From Eledone cirrhosa (taxonomy: Eukaryota): a DNA stretch of 64,000 nt. Position 1 is the first letter of the stretch. Each line of letters starts with the position of its first letter. Below the pieces are notes generated by a model. That model was not told the DNA's origin. It ran no database searches and was given only the letters and a program-made list of their open reading frames with translations. Positions 49,533 through 62,738 of the stretch are shown here, one piece after another. The translations under genes and the position numbers were made by a program. The DNA lies in assembly GCA_964016885.1 (NCBI GenBank), contig OZ024743.1:317130001-317194000 (forward strand), written 5' to 3'.

Positions 49533-51541
49533 TTAATAAGTGCTACAGATAGTCACTATTAGAACCTAAAATTCAGCTCACCAATATAAATTTTTTAAAA
49601 TGTTTTCATTAGGAGCAGTAACATAAAAATGCAAGGGTATAAATATATATATGGGGGGGGGGGGGTATAAATAGGGAGACACAAAGCAGGCTTTGTTTAA
49701 AAACAGTTAGCGAATTTGAAAATTTAGTAGTAACGTGCTTACGCCGTATTTGGCTAAATAGAACTGGTCCGGCAAACCAAATATGGGTTCGTGTCCCATG
49801 TACATCAATACTCATCCTTTTTTCCATTCAGAGGGTTTTTTTAAATCCCAACTAACAGACTAATTCTATTTAGCCAAATATGGTGTTAGCACACGTTACT
49901 ACCTAATTTTATATTTATATATATATATATATATATATGAATTTTCATAAAATTGTAGTATTCTCAATGCAAAGTGTAGCCATAAACAGCTGGATACTAT
50001 ATGCATTGTAAAAAGTCATATTGAATGGAGAGTGAGAAAAGAAAGGAAGAAAGAGAGTTTAAAGTATGAAATGAGAAATGAGAGGGGTACAGAGAGAGAG
50101 AAGGGGAGAGGAGAAAAGTGGGAATGAGATTGATGGAGCAGGAATTATGGAGAATTACATAAAAAGATGAAAAGATGAAGAAAATAAGTTAACAGGAAAT
50201 AGAACTTTAACGTCATATGAATCGTCAGTTTCCATCAAGACTAACATAGTTTCTCGCAGAACATGCTCCCCCAGAATGCTGCTGAAACGGCTAAAAGCTC
50301 CCAGTCCACCCTGTAAAATGGTTATACTAGTGACAAAATAAAAACTCCTAGTCCACCATATAAGGTGCTCATGCTGATGAAGCGCAACCAGCCCACCCTG
50401 TAAAGTGGTCGTACTGGTGTAGCAACAAAAAGCACCTAGTCCATGCTGTAAACTGGTTGATATTAGAAAGGGCATCCAGCCATAGAAACGAAGCCCAATC
50501 TGATTTGCCGCACAGAGGACAACCTGTCTAATCCATGCTAGCATGGAAAAATGTGTTAAATGGTGATGATGATCATCTATCTTCCATGCTGGCATTGGTT
50601 GGATGGGTTGTCATGGTCCATGGTTAGACAGGTCAAAGAAACCTCATTTTGCTCACACATTCCATATTTGGTGTGGTTTCTATAGCCGGGTGCCTTTCCT
50701 AATGCTAACCACCTTACAGTGTGTACTGAGGGTATTTTATAATGACATCACACTACCACTTTAGCACACACACATTATCATCATCATTTAATGTCCATTT
50801 TTCCACGCTCGCATGGATGAGACAGGTTGTCACATTGAAATAAGTCAGACCAACATGTTCATACGGATTTGTATTTTAGCTTCGTTTGTATAGCTGGATG
50901 CTCTTCCTAATGCCAACCCTGCTATGGTGTGGACTGGGTGGTTTTTGTCATGACACTAAAGCGACCACCTTACAGGGTGAATTGCATGCTTTTTGTGTCA
51001 CCAGATTGACCACCTTACAGTGTGAACTGGTTGCTTATTGTCATGTCACTAGCATGATCACTTTACAGTGTGAACTGGGTGCTATTGTTGTATCACCAGC
51101 ATGAGGTGTGCACCTGATGTGTCTGCCTAGCTGGTCTTAATGGTAGTACCAGCCCTTATGTCATTGAACAGTAAATTATAAGCTGATATTTACCATTAAT
51201 TTCTTGAGGAGAAGGGATAAGTTTGGATCACTGTAAATAAATACCTAAGTAGAAATGTGCAAAGGACTTAAAATAGTTTCATATTGCAGCAATGATTTTA
51301 GTTTTGATGTGGGAGGGGGATGTATACATATGTATGTAAAAGGTAAACAGAAATAACAACACAATCGGTACAGTATATGGAAGGGATATTTTAGGTTAAC
51401 GCTTGATATAGCAGGAAGAGAGTCTTAACGTTTCAGATGCTAGTCCTTAATCAGAAGATAGAATGAGGGGACAGGTGGGTTAGATAAAAATAACAGGTCC
51501 ATTCATGTTGACATCTCTCTCTATATATATATATGTGTGTG

Positions 51542-51610
<69 letters not shown>

Positions 51611-51617
51611 ATGTATG

Positions 51618-51652
<35 letters not shown>

Positions 51653-51764
51653 TTGAAATAAAATGAAAACGAAATTTCATTTCTCACTCTTAGTATGGCA
51701 CTTACTTAAATGTAAGTATGTATGTATACGTACATACATATATGTATACAGACGTACAGTAGCA

Positions 51765-51804
<40 letters not shown>

Positions 51805-51954
51805 CAGGTACACATACATATATGCACGCATCAGTTTAGCGGACGCTTATTATAACGCCGCTTTGTTCGTTTGTAAACAAACTGAACAGCCTGAATTTAT
51901 GCCATACGGTGTTAAGGCAACCACGTCACCTTTTTGTTCAACACTGACACAGGA

Positions 51955-51997
51955 ACGATGTACTAGTTTCAAGCTTGTTAGCTATCATCAGCACCGT
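51955..51997 (-). ncRNA. Minimal type I hammerhead ribozyme motif (mirror of 52341-52383)
   Basis: Exact reverse complement of 52341-52383. Confidence 0.8.
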
Positions 51998-52044
51998 ATA
52001 CCCATCTGCCAGATAGTTGAACGTCATATATGTATGTGTACCTG

Positions 52045-52102
<58 letters not shown>

Positions 52103-52340
52103 CATGCTACTGTACGTCTGTATACATATATGTATGTACGTATACATACATACTTACATTTAAGTAAGTGCCATACTAAGAGTGAGAAATGAAATTTCGT
52201 TTTCATTTTATTTCAACCTATCGTTTTCGGTATGCCTGACCGATTTAACTCACTCAATATGCAAATTAGGCTGCTCAGCCGTTAATTTTCATAAGGAAAG
52301 TATATACTTTCGGACGTTCAACTATCTGGCAGATGGGTAT

Positions 52341-52383
52341 ACGGTGCTGATGATAGCTAACAAGCTTGAAACTAGTACATCGT
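52341..52383 (+). ncRNA. Minimal type I hammerhead ribozyme motif
   Basis: acggtg-CTGATGA-t[agct aaca agct]t-GAAA-ctag-TA-catcgt; palindromic stem III ACTAGT, GUA triplet. Confidence 0.82.
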
Positions 52384-52533
52384 TCCTGTGTCAGTGTTGA
52401 ACAAAAAGGTGACGTGGTTGCCTTAACACCGTATGGCATAAATTCAGGCTGTTCAGTTTGTTTACAAACGAACAAAGCGGCGTTATAATAAGCGTCCGCT
52501 AAACTGATGCGTGCATATATGTATGTGTACCTG

Positions 52534-52599
<66 letters not shown>

Positions 52600-53162
52600 C
52601 ATGCTACTGTACGTCTGTATACATATATGTATGTACGTATACATACATACTTACATTTATATATATATATATATTTGTATGTATATCTAGGACCCCTAGC
52701 CTTTGTCAGGGCATTCTTCCAGGGGAATGCAACTCCGGAAACTGGGATAACTCCGACATAAAACCTGCGCCTCAGTAGTTATCGATGATGTTGATCTTTT
52801 CTTCTTTTCGGGTTATAGCTACTGTCGCTCAGAGAGTGGGATTGGCTCAGTGCACAGTCTTTCCTCACTTTAAAAAATATCTTCATGCACAGGCATTGCA
52901 CGATAGAATTAATTAATAATTCGTGCAATGGCCATACTCGATAACGAGGGGGCAGCCATCATCATATATGTATGTGTATATTTATGTATGTATATATATA
53001 TATATATATGTATGTATATATATATATATGTATGTATATATATATATGTATGTATATGTATGTTTGTATGTATATATATATGTGTGTGTATATATATATA
53101 TGTATGCATATATATATATATATGTATGTATATATATATGTATGTATATGTATGTTTGTATG

Positions 53163-54376
53163 TATCATCATCATCACCGTTTTACGTCCATTCTTCCACA
53201 CTAGCATGGGTTATACGGATTGTCCTATTGTGGGCAGTAGCCGGTCGGCTGACCATATCTTGCACATACAGGAACTGATTCTGGCTTGATTTCTACAGCT
53301 GGATGCCCTTCCTAACACCAACCTCATTTACAGTGAGTGCTGGGTGTTTTTTGCCGTGGCACCTCCACGACCACTTTGCAGTGGGAGGGGGTGGGGGCAT
53401 ATTGTCTATATGTTTCAGCTTCAGCTTGTACCCATTGGGGGTCGGGTCTTCTGTATTACGGCATGACGCCAGAGGTCACGGTCCTGTGTCATCGCCTTTG
53501 AGAGGTGTAATTGGTTAAGGTCGGCTTTTATCACTTCATCCCAGGTCTTCTTGGGTCTCCCCACTCCGCGGCTTCCATTGACTTCTAGTGCTCTGCACCT
53601 TTTTATGCAGCTGTCATCCTTCATACACATCACATGTCCATACCAATACAACCTCCTCTCCTGCACACAGCATTTGATTCCTCTTATGCTCAGTCTCTCT
53701 CTCAATTGGTTTATGCTTTGCCGTTCACGTATATTACTATTACACATCCATCGGAGCATGCAGGCTTCGTTTCTTTCTAATCTACGCAAGTCTTCTACAG
53801 ACAGCGCCCAGGTCTCACTACCATGTAACATTGCTGTTCATATACATGCATCATACAGTCTGCTCTTCATTTGAGGGAAAAGCCTTTTGCAGCTAGCAGT
53901 GGCAGTAGCCAGAACTTCTTCCATCCCGTTCTTACCCTAGTTATTGTACTTTCCAAACACCCACCTCCGCTGCTAATTCAGTCATCTAGGTAGCAGAAGC
54001 TGTCTACTGTTTCTAAAGAGCCCTCTCAGAGTTTGGTAGCGCTTGTTTCCTGTGGCTGTTTTCTGCTTGCTGTCCCAGCGCAGCTGCTACATGTGAAGCC
54101 TACATTCTTAGTTAAGCTTCCTGAGATCCCGCTACATCTCTTGTGTACACATTGTTTGCATTTGGTGCAGAGGATGGAGTTCCTACCTACACCTTTCCTA
54201 CACACTGAGCAAGGCCGTTTCCCTGCGGGGATCTGAGTTCTCTGTCAGGTTGACTTTGAGACCCCTTCTTTTTAGTCCCTGCTTCCATGTTTGGAATTTT
54301 TTCTCTAGTTCTACCATAGATTCAGCTATAAGTGCGAGGTCATCAGCATACAGCAGCTCCCATGGGCATCCGGTCT
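53163..54376 (-). mobile_element. RTE LINE, 5'-truncated (subfamily B)
   Basis: GCPWELLYADDL through MLHGSETWAL..GRPKKTW; (CAT)n tail. Confidence 0.92.
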
Positions 54377-54388
54377 TATATGTATCTG

Positions 54389-54447
<59 letters not shown>

Positions 54448-54452
<5 letters not shown>

Positions 54453-55110
54453 AATATGGGGAGAAGAATACTACATGGTTGCACATGGATAACATGTTAT
54501 AAAATGAGTCCCTCATCAGTGATTTGCCAACGATCATTGGTATTTCATCGCATTAAAAATCATATACCTCACGTTGGAGCGATAATAACTAAAATAAGTT
54601 ATTGGGACAATTGAAACGCGTAAAGCGAGTGAGACAAGTAAACAACACAGGGGAAAGTTAACCGAAGATGGAAAGAAACACAAGCAACATAGTTATTCTA
54701 TCAGCATAAGCTGTGTGAATATATGTGCGAGTTAGAAACAGACCTTCCGCTAGTGAATCCGATGTTAGAAAGAAGGAAAATCGTTTTCGTAGCGAACGGG
54801 AGGAAGTAAGAAGGGGAGAAACAGAGAGTGAGTGAGTGGAAGTGCGAGGAAGAGGTCAGTAGAGAAAAAGTGTTAACTGACATGACAGAGGGGACGAAAG
54901 AAAGTAAGAGAAACAGAGAGAACGAGGGAGCAGTAAGAGAGAAAGAGAGAAACATAGAATCGCAGTTTAGGTAAATATATGAAAAATATGGGGAGAAGAA
55001 TACTACATGGTTGCACATGGATAACATGTTATAAAATGAGTCCCTCATCAGTGATTTGCCATCGATCATTGGTATTTCATCGCATTAAAAATCATATACC
55101 TCACGTTGGT
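54448..55110. repeat. Non-coding partial tandem (period ~532 bp), inverted relative of 8925-9680
   Basis: tgaaaaatatggggagaagaatactacatgg at 54448 and 54980; reverse complement aligns with 8930-9340. Confidence 0.85.
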
Positions 55111-55234
55111 GTGAAAATAACTATATGTATGTATATATATATATATATACATGTATATATATATATCTATATATGTATGTATATATATGTATGTATGTAT
55201 ATATATGTATGTATGTATGTATGTATATATATAT

Positions 55235-55805
55235 AGTACAACCTGTCTCATGGTCGGGTCGTTGGCGACTAAACTGGCAACCCCACCAAGGTTTCTTGGT
55301 GAGGAGGGTGACTTTGGACATCCTGCAGGACTAAAAACAAAACCTGTCAAAGGGCAAAGGAGCTCTTAAGAGTCAATGGCCATCCAAAATCACCGGGAGA
55401 GATGACCCCTTAGCCTTTGTCAAGGCAGAATTCTAGGAGAAGGAAAACTCTGATATAACACCTGCAACCCTGATGGTATCCAATGATGTTGACTTGTTCT
55501 TCTTTTTGGTAAATATCATCTTGGTTAAGAGAGTGGGACTGGCTTTGTGCAGTGCCTTTGCTCACTATAAAAGCTTCACGGCACAGGCATTGCTTTATAT
55601 CTGGAGATCTCTCTGCACTTGTCGTCACATGGTACCATGGGCCCAGCACTATGTGTCAATAATTGTCACAGGTGTAGTGTTTGTACCAGAGTTTTCAAGT
55701 CACTGGCTGGACTAAAAAGTCACACTTGTTCAGGGCATCGGTAGGGGTTCTCCTACATGGATATAAAGTAGTGGCCGTACTCGAAAACGAGTTGGCAGCC
55801 ACCAT
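55235..55805 (+). mobile_element. Short RTE-derived non-autonomous element, longest copy
   Basis: Contains the 12755-13160 sequence plus ~160 bp of extra 5' sequence; flanked by (TA)n. Confidence 0.6.
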
Positions 55806-55847
55806 ATATATATAGATGTGTGTACATATATGTATATATATATATAT

Positions 55848-57292
55848 ATCATCATCATCATCATCATCTTCGTTTAACGTTCATCTTCCACGCTAGCATG
55901 TGTTACACGGGAGTTGTCCCACTTGAGGCAAGGTTGGTCGGGTGACCGTGTCTCGCTCATATAGGCCTATCTGGCAGGTTTTCTACAGCTGGATGCCCTT
56001 CCTAACACCAACCACATTTATAGTGTGGACTGGGAACTTTTTACCGTGTTACCTACACAGCCACATTACAGCATGGACTGTGTGGTTTTTTGTTGTGACA
56101 CCTACACGATCTCGATCTCATTATCTCATTTATTTGGATTGGATGTTGTGGTACCAACTTTACAGAGAGAAGGTGGTGTTGGTGGGAGTGGGAGGATAGG
56201 GTAGGGGTAGTGGATTGGGGTGTATATTTGGTTAAGAGGTGCCTACTGACTGTAGGTTTCGCTTTGTACATAGGCAAGGCGGGTCTTCTGTACGCCAAAA
56301 ATCTCAGTCCAGTGACATTGTCTTAGAGAGGTGCAAGTGTGTAAGGTCGGAATTTATCAGATCGTCCCAGGTTTTTCTGGGTCTGCCTACTCCGTAGCTA
56401 CCATCAATTTTGATCGCCCTGCACTTTTTTATACAGCTGTCATCTTTCATGCGCCTCACGTCGCCATACCAACGTAGTCTTCTCTCAAGTAAACAGCATC
56501 TGATCCATCTTATTCCTAATTTCTCACTTAATTCATTTATGCTTTGCCGTTCACGTATATTACTATTACACATCCAACGGAGCATGCATGCTTCGTTCCT
56601 TTCCAGTCTGCGCACGTCCTCTTCATGTAATGCCCATGTCTCACTGCCATGTAGCATTGCTGTTCATATACAGGCATCATACAATCTGCCTTTCATTTTA
56701 GAGAGAAACCTTTTGTGGCCAACAGCGGTATAAGCTCTCTGAACTTTTTCCATCTTGTTCTGACTCTGGCTACTGTACTTTCAGAACACCCTCCACCACT
56801 GCTGATTTCGTCACCCAGGTAACTGAAAGTGTCCACATAAAATGGAATTTCTGCCTACTCTTTTCCTACACACTGAGTATGGCCATTTCCCTGAGGGCAC
56901 CTGTGCCTTATTTTCCTTTCTACAAATTAGAACTTTAGTCTTAGACAAGTTAACTTTAAGGCCTTTTGATTCTAGGCCATGCTTCCATGTTTGGAATTTC
57001 TTCTCTAGTTCAGCCATTGATTCAGCTATGAGTGTTAGATCATCTGCGTATAGGAGTTCCCATGGGCAGCCGGTCTTGAACTCCTCTGTTATAGCCTGAA
57101 GGGCAATAATAAATAGGAGGGGGCTAAGGACAGAGCCTTGATGAACACCAACTTTTACACTAAATTCTTCACAATATTCATTGTTAATTCTAACCTTACT
57201 GACTGTTTCTTTATACATAGCTTGTATAGCTCTCACAAGCCATTCATCTACACCTAGTTTTCTAAGAGCCCACCAGATAATGGAGCAGGGGA
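55848..57292 (-). mobile_element. RTE LINE, 5'-truncated, internal deletion (subfamily A)
   Basis: GVHQGSVLSPLLF, LLYADDL, RRLRWYG; Cys-rich segment deleted near 56835. Confidence 0.92.
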
Positions 57293-57522
57293 CATATATA
57301 TATATATATGTACATATTATTTTGTTTGAGCCGTTTAGCTTGACTCATTTTTTTGACTTAGGTGGTTGATAGCTTCTTAACCGCCTTCTCAGTTTGTATG
57401 GCCTTTATAACCTATGTTTATTGCTCTGGTCTCTTTTGGTCCATGGAGCGCTTGCCAGCATGACTCGGAATTTGCGTTGCGTTTCGTTTTTTTCTTACCC
57501 GACGAAATGCGATTCTCGCTGA

Positions 57523-57562
<40 letters not shown>

Positions 57563-57637
57563 TTATGTATATATATATATGTGTATATATGTATTATATT
57601 ATATATTATATATTATATATTATATATTATGTATATA

Positions 57638-59155
57638 TCATCATCATCATCATCACCGTTTTACGTCCGTTCTTCCACGCTAGCATGGGTTAGACGGGTT
57701 GTCCTGTTGTGGGCAGTGTCTGGTCGGCTAACCATGCCTTGCTCATACAGGAACTGATTTGGCTTGATTTCTTCCTTACACCAACCTCATTTACAGTGAG
57801 TGCTGGGTGCTTTTTCGTGGCGCCTACACGTTCACTTTACAGTGTGGGCTGGGTGCTTTTTTGCCGTGGCACCTCCACGACCACCTTGCAGTGGGGGTTG
57901 TGGGGGCATATTGTCTATATGCTTCAGCTTGTACCCATGGGAGGTCGGGTACTCTGTATTACTGCGTGACGCCAGAGGTCACGGTGATGTGTCATCGCCT
58001 TTGAGAGGTGTAATTGGGTAAGATCGGCTTTTATCACCTCATCCCAGGTCATCTTGGGTCTCCCCACTCCGCGGTTTCCATCGACTTCTAGTGCTCTGCA
58101 CCTTTTTATGCAGCTGTCATCCTTCACATGCATCACATGTCCATACCAACGCAACCGCCTCTCCTGCACACAGCATTTGATTCCTCTTATGCTCAGTCTC
58201 TCTCTCAATTCATTTATGCTTTGTCATTCGCGTATATTACTATTACACATCCATCGGAGCAGGCAGGCTTCGTTTCTCTCTAATCTACGTAAGTCTTCCA
58301 CCTTCAGCGCCCAGGTCTCACTACCATGCAACATCGCTGTTCGGATACACGCATCATACAGTCTGCCTTTCATTTTGAGGGAGAAGCCTTTTGCAGCTAG
58401 CAGTGGTAGTAGTTCCCTAAACTTCTTTCATCCCGTTCTTACCCTAGTTATTGTACACCTCCGCTGCTAATTCGGTCACCTAGGTAGCAGAAGCTGTCTA
58501 CTGTTTCTACAGAGCCCTCCCAGAGATTGGTGGTACTTGTTTCCTGTGGCTGTTTGCTGCTTGCTGTCCCAGCACAGCTGCTGCATGTGAAGCCTACATT
58601 CTTAATTAAGCTTTCTGAGATCCCGCTACATCTCTTGTATACCCATTGTTTGCATTTGGGGCAGAGAATGGAGTTCCTACCTACACCTTTCCTACATACT
58701 GAGCAAGGCCATTTCCCTGAGGGGATCTGGGTTCTGTTTTCTCGTCTACTTACAAGGACCTTAGTCTTTGTCATGTTGACTTTGAGACCCTTTCTTTCTA
58801 GTCCCTGCTTCCAAGTTTGGAATTTCTTCTCTAGTTCTACCATAGATTCGGCTATAAGTGCGAGGTCATCAGCATACAGGAGTTCCCATGGGCATCCGGT
58901 CTTGCCTGCAGTACTATGATGAACAGGAAGGGGCTAAGAACAGAGCCCTGGTGGACCCCAACCTGTACGCTAAATTCCTCGCTATACTCATTGCTAATCC
59001 TAACTTTGCTGACTGCTCCCCTATACATGGCTTGTACCGCTTTCACAAGCCATTCATCTACTCCTAGTTTTCTAAGAGCCCACCAGATTACAGCACGTGG
59101 AACTCTGTCAAAGGTTTTCTCAAGATCGACAAATGCCAGGTAGAGTGGCTTACTT
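57638..59155 (-). mobile_element. RTE LINE, 5'-truncated (subfamily B)
   Basis: KPLYLAFVDLEKTFDRVPR, GVHQGSVLSP, WPCSVC.., RRLRWYGHV; (CAT)n tail. Confidence 0.92.
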
Positions 59156-59193
59156 TTATATATATGATAATGATGATGATGTGTGTGTGTGTA

Positions 59194-59238
<45 letters not shown>

Positions 59239-59299
59239 ATGTATGTATATATGTAACTTTGATAACTTTGATAGGTTCCGGCCGGTATTAGCCCAGGCC

Positions 59300-60840
59300 A
59301 TGTCTAACTTAATAGCACCACCTGGCAAAGTCTTTCAAATTAGGATTTGGGCACCATGGCCCACTCAAGTAGAGAGTTATTGTTTACAGAGGCATATCCG
59401 GGTCGAGTGTCGGAGGTTTATCCAGGATTTCTTGAGGGAATTTGTCCAAAGACTTCTTGAACTTGATGGGGTCTGTTTCTGTTTTAATGTGTTTTGGTGT
59501 AATGTTAAAGAGTGCAGGGCCAATTGAGGTGAAATAATTGTGCTGTATTGTTGTTATGAGATGCGAGTGGGATTTTTGTTATGGGCGGATAGCACGGGGC
59601 CCAAGCCTTGCGTGAACCTTAAAGGTAATGCCAACATCATTTGGGCAAAGCTGATGGAATATTTTCCACATCATGCAGATAAAGTAGCGCTCATGGCGAC
59701 GTTGGAGAGAATAAAGGTTGATCTTTTCTAATCGACTCCAATAGTCAAGGCCTGTCATGCCATCTATCTTTTTTTGTAATTGATCTTTGGGGTGCTTCAA
59801 CTTTCATTATACTTTGTTTCGTGTGGGGTGACCACAGTGAACAACAGTATTCAAGGTGGGGTCGGGCAAATGTGGAGAAGAGAAGGATAACAGTGTGGAT
59901 ATCTCTCGACTGGAAGGTTCTGAGAATCCAGGAACACATTCTGCGGGCCATGTCAACTTTGCTGTTTATATGAGTGGCCCAGCTTATGTTATTGTCCACA
60001 ATTACTCCCAGGTCTCTGATGTTGTTGGATGCCATGAGAGTTTCACCTGAAGGAAGAGAGTATGAGAGTTTCAGGGCATCCATTTTTCCAAAGTGGATTA
60101 ACTCGAACTTATCCTCATTCAACAGCATATTGTTCTTTTCTGCCCTTTGTATAACAGCCAGTAGGTCTGACTGAAGGCAAGTCCGGTCACCCACCTCATT
60201 GATGACCCTTTGGAGCTTGAAATCATCTGTGAAGATTCTTATGTTGCTTTGCTTGGTGATGTCAGTAATGTCATTAATGTAGATGATGAAAAGGAGTGGT
60301 CCCAACACAGTGCCTTGTGGGACGCCACTGCGGACTTTGGCAGGGCTTGATTTTACTCCTTCGACTAAAACATGCTGGGTTCTGTCTGTCAGGAAATATT
60401 TGATCCACTGTAGTAACTTTCCAGAGACACCAGTATTGGATAGTTTTTTCAATAGAATCTTATGATCAACCCTGTCGAAGGCCTTGCTGAAATCAAGGTA
60501 GATGACAGCAGTGTTGGAGCCCTCTCCCAAGGCTCTCAAAACATTATCAAAGTGATGCAGGAGCTGCGTTAGGCAGTCCCTTCCATTACAGAACCCATGT
60601 TGGTTGGAATTCACCAGGCCATTGCTTTCGAGAAAGTGGGTTATTCGTGATCTCACCACCCTCTCAAATACCTTGATGATATAAGAGGTGAGTGAGATCA
60701 GACAGTAGTTCACATCAAGGGACTTATTTCCCTTTTTGAAAATTGGTACAACGGACTGGGACAGAAAGTTTTCAGAAAGTTTCAGAAGTTTTCAGGAATA
60801 TAGCCAGTATCCAGTGAGTTCCTCCATAGATTAGCAAGAG
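59300..60840 (-). mobile_element. CR1/L2-like LINE RT region, degraded
   Basis: ISLTSYIIKVFER, QHGF, YLDFSKAFDRV, GVPQGTVLGPLLF, IFTDD, RPHLEYCCSLWSP, LYSLQRR. Confidence 0.92.
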
Positions 60841-61489
60841 GAGATGCAAGTTGGTGTCGACACACCTTCAGGACACAAGCAGGGAACCTGTCGAGGCCTA
60901 CTATATGTATATATATATGTGTGTGTATGTATGTATATGTATATATGTGTGTGTGTGTGTATGTATGTATATGTGTGTATATATATATATGTCCATATAT
61001 ATATATGTATATATATACATAATTAAATGAAAAAAAAACGAGATGTCCTACACAAGTGAAAGTTTAAGGAAAAAAGATGAAATCGAAAATGCAACTGGAG
61101 TCTTTTTAAGAGTATTTATTTGTTTCCTTTACCGGTTTCACAATTCTTATGCTTTTCAAAAGTAGAATTGAGTTGGAGGGTTTGTGGTTTTTCTCGCATC
61201 TGGTTGGTTTATGACTGTCATGTGAATAAGTTTAATAAATTTTGTGCCATTTCGCGTTACAAAGTTCTTATTGTATTTGCCTTTAAAAAAAAGGGGGAGA
61301 CTCAGATTGTTTTTTCATATATGTGTGAAATTTGGTTGGTTGATGCAGTCACATGAATAAGCACATCAACTTTCGCGCCAGTTTGCGTTTGAGGGTTCTT
61401 TTGACTTTAAAAAGTGGCTAAAAAAAGTTGTTTTTTTATAAATGTAATTTGATTGGTTATGACTGTCACATGAATAATATATATATATA

Positions 61490-61830
61490 TGGGGTAACAA
61501 GTTATCGTTATAGGTAATCCAGTTAGAGGTTGTGAGTACTCTGCGTCGTGGATAGTTTTAACGTACAGTTTTGTTTAACTCAACAAGATGTTTCCATAGT
61601 TAGGCAGCGCGTTCAGTAATTCCTCTGTAGGTTATACTTGGAGTAATAATAGTGAAAGAATGAAGAGTAACATGGTTGGCTGTACAACAAGGGGATTTAT
61701 TTCTAGTATTAACAATTGTTTCATTGATCAGGTGAGTCTAGAGGCCGCTAATCGCTCAAAGTTGCGTCACTCGATCTCCATTACATTATTTACCTCTGAT
61801 CAAATCTTCAGAATACTGTCCAACCATGTA
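61490..61830 (-). mobile_element. Third copy of the 27107-28780 hammerhead element terminus
   Basis: Reverse complement of 28450-28780; starts at a (TA)n run. Confidence 0.88.
61705..61817 (-). ncRNA. Type I hammerhead motif with long stem II insertion
   Basis: Reverse strand agtatt-CTGAAGA-tttgatcag[~64 nt]ctgatcaat-GAAA-caattg-TT-aatact. Confidence 0.75.
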
Positions 61831-61861
61831 CAGCCAACCATGTTACTCTTAATTTCTTCAC

Positions 61862-61892
<31 letters not shown>

Positions 61893-61921
61893 ATGTATGT
61901 ATATTTATGTATATATATATA

Positions 61922-61954
<33 letters not shown>

Positions 61955-62738
61955 ATGTATGTATATGTATGTGTGTGTGTATGGATATATGTGTGTGTGT
62001 ATATATGTGTGTGTATATATATATGTGTGTGTATATATATATGTGTGTGTGTGTATGTATATATCTGTGTGTATATAACAGATGCCTTCAATTAATTATT
62101 TCACTAATTAACAATTATAGAAAACACTTAATCTATAACATTTAACATTGCCTCTACATTTCAATAGATATTAAAATTAAAACCAGTAGTCTGTCTATAA
62201 GGCAGTTATGTCTGTGTGGTTAAGGAGATTGTTTTGTAATCTGGTGGTTTGGGGTTTCTGTTACATTTTGTACCACCTTGGATTAATGTCTTCTACCATA
62301 GCCTCAGGTTGACCAATACCTTGTCAATGAAATTTGGTTATAGTCCCAGGTTGACCAGTGCCTTGTGAATGAAATTTGGTCATAATCTCAGGGTTACCAA
62401 TACCTTGTGAGTTAAATTTAGTTGTAATATCTGGCTGGCCAATACCTTGTGAGTGGAATTTAGTTGTAACATCTGGCTGACCAATGACTTATGAATGTAA
62501 TTTGGGAGATGTAAACTATGTAAAAGCCATTTGTAAGTGTGTGTGTTTGTCCTTGTATACGTTTTCATATGTCCCATAACCTAGCAGTTTGACAAAAAGA
62601 GATTGATAAAACAAGTACCAGATTTGAGAAAATAAGCACTGGGGTTGATATGATCAAGCATGTCCAGCTTTGTTGTTGTTGTTGTTGTTTGTTCCTTTTG
62701 TGCTAACTTTCTATTTCTATTTCTTTTCTATGTTACAG

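Larger units (their letters stand above)
51650..52660. mobile_element. Non-coding hammerhead-bearing element: inverted copy followed by a partial tandem
   Basis: 51650-51825 is inverted at 52026-52220; 51826-52025 is inverted at 52314-52515; the block at 52026 recurs at 52516 (period ~490 bp). Confidence 0.85.

Noticed and set aside
51422-51457. Hammerhead-like motif on the - strand (tctt-CTGATTA..GAAA-cg-TT-aaga)
   Set aside because: Core G is mutated and stem II is weak; probably a dead relic, so not listed as a feature.
61122-61145. GAAA-ccgg-TA-aagga half-hammerhead on the - strand
   Set aside because: No matching CUGANGA half found nearby.
8752-62145. Many ORFs rich in YI/CV/HT, poly-M, poly-I or poly-S
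   Set aside because: Translations of (TA)n, (TG)n and (CAT)n microsatellites, not genes.
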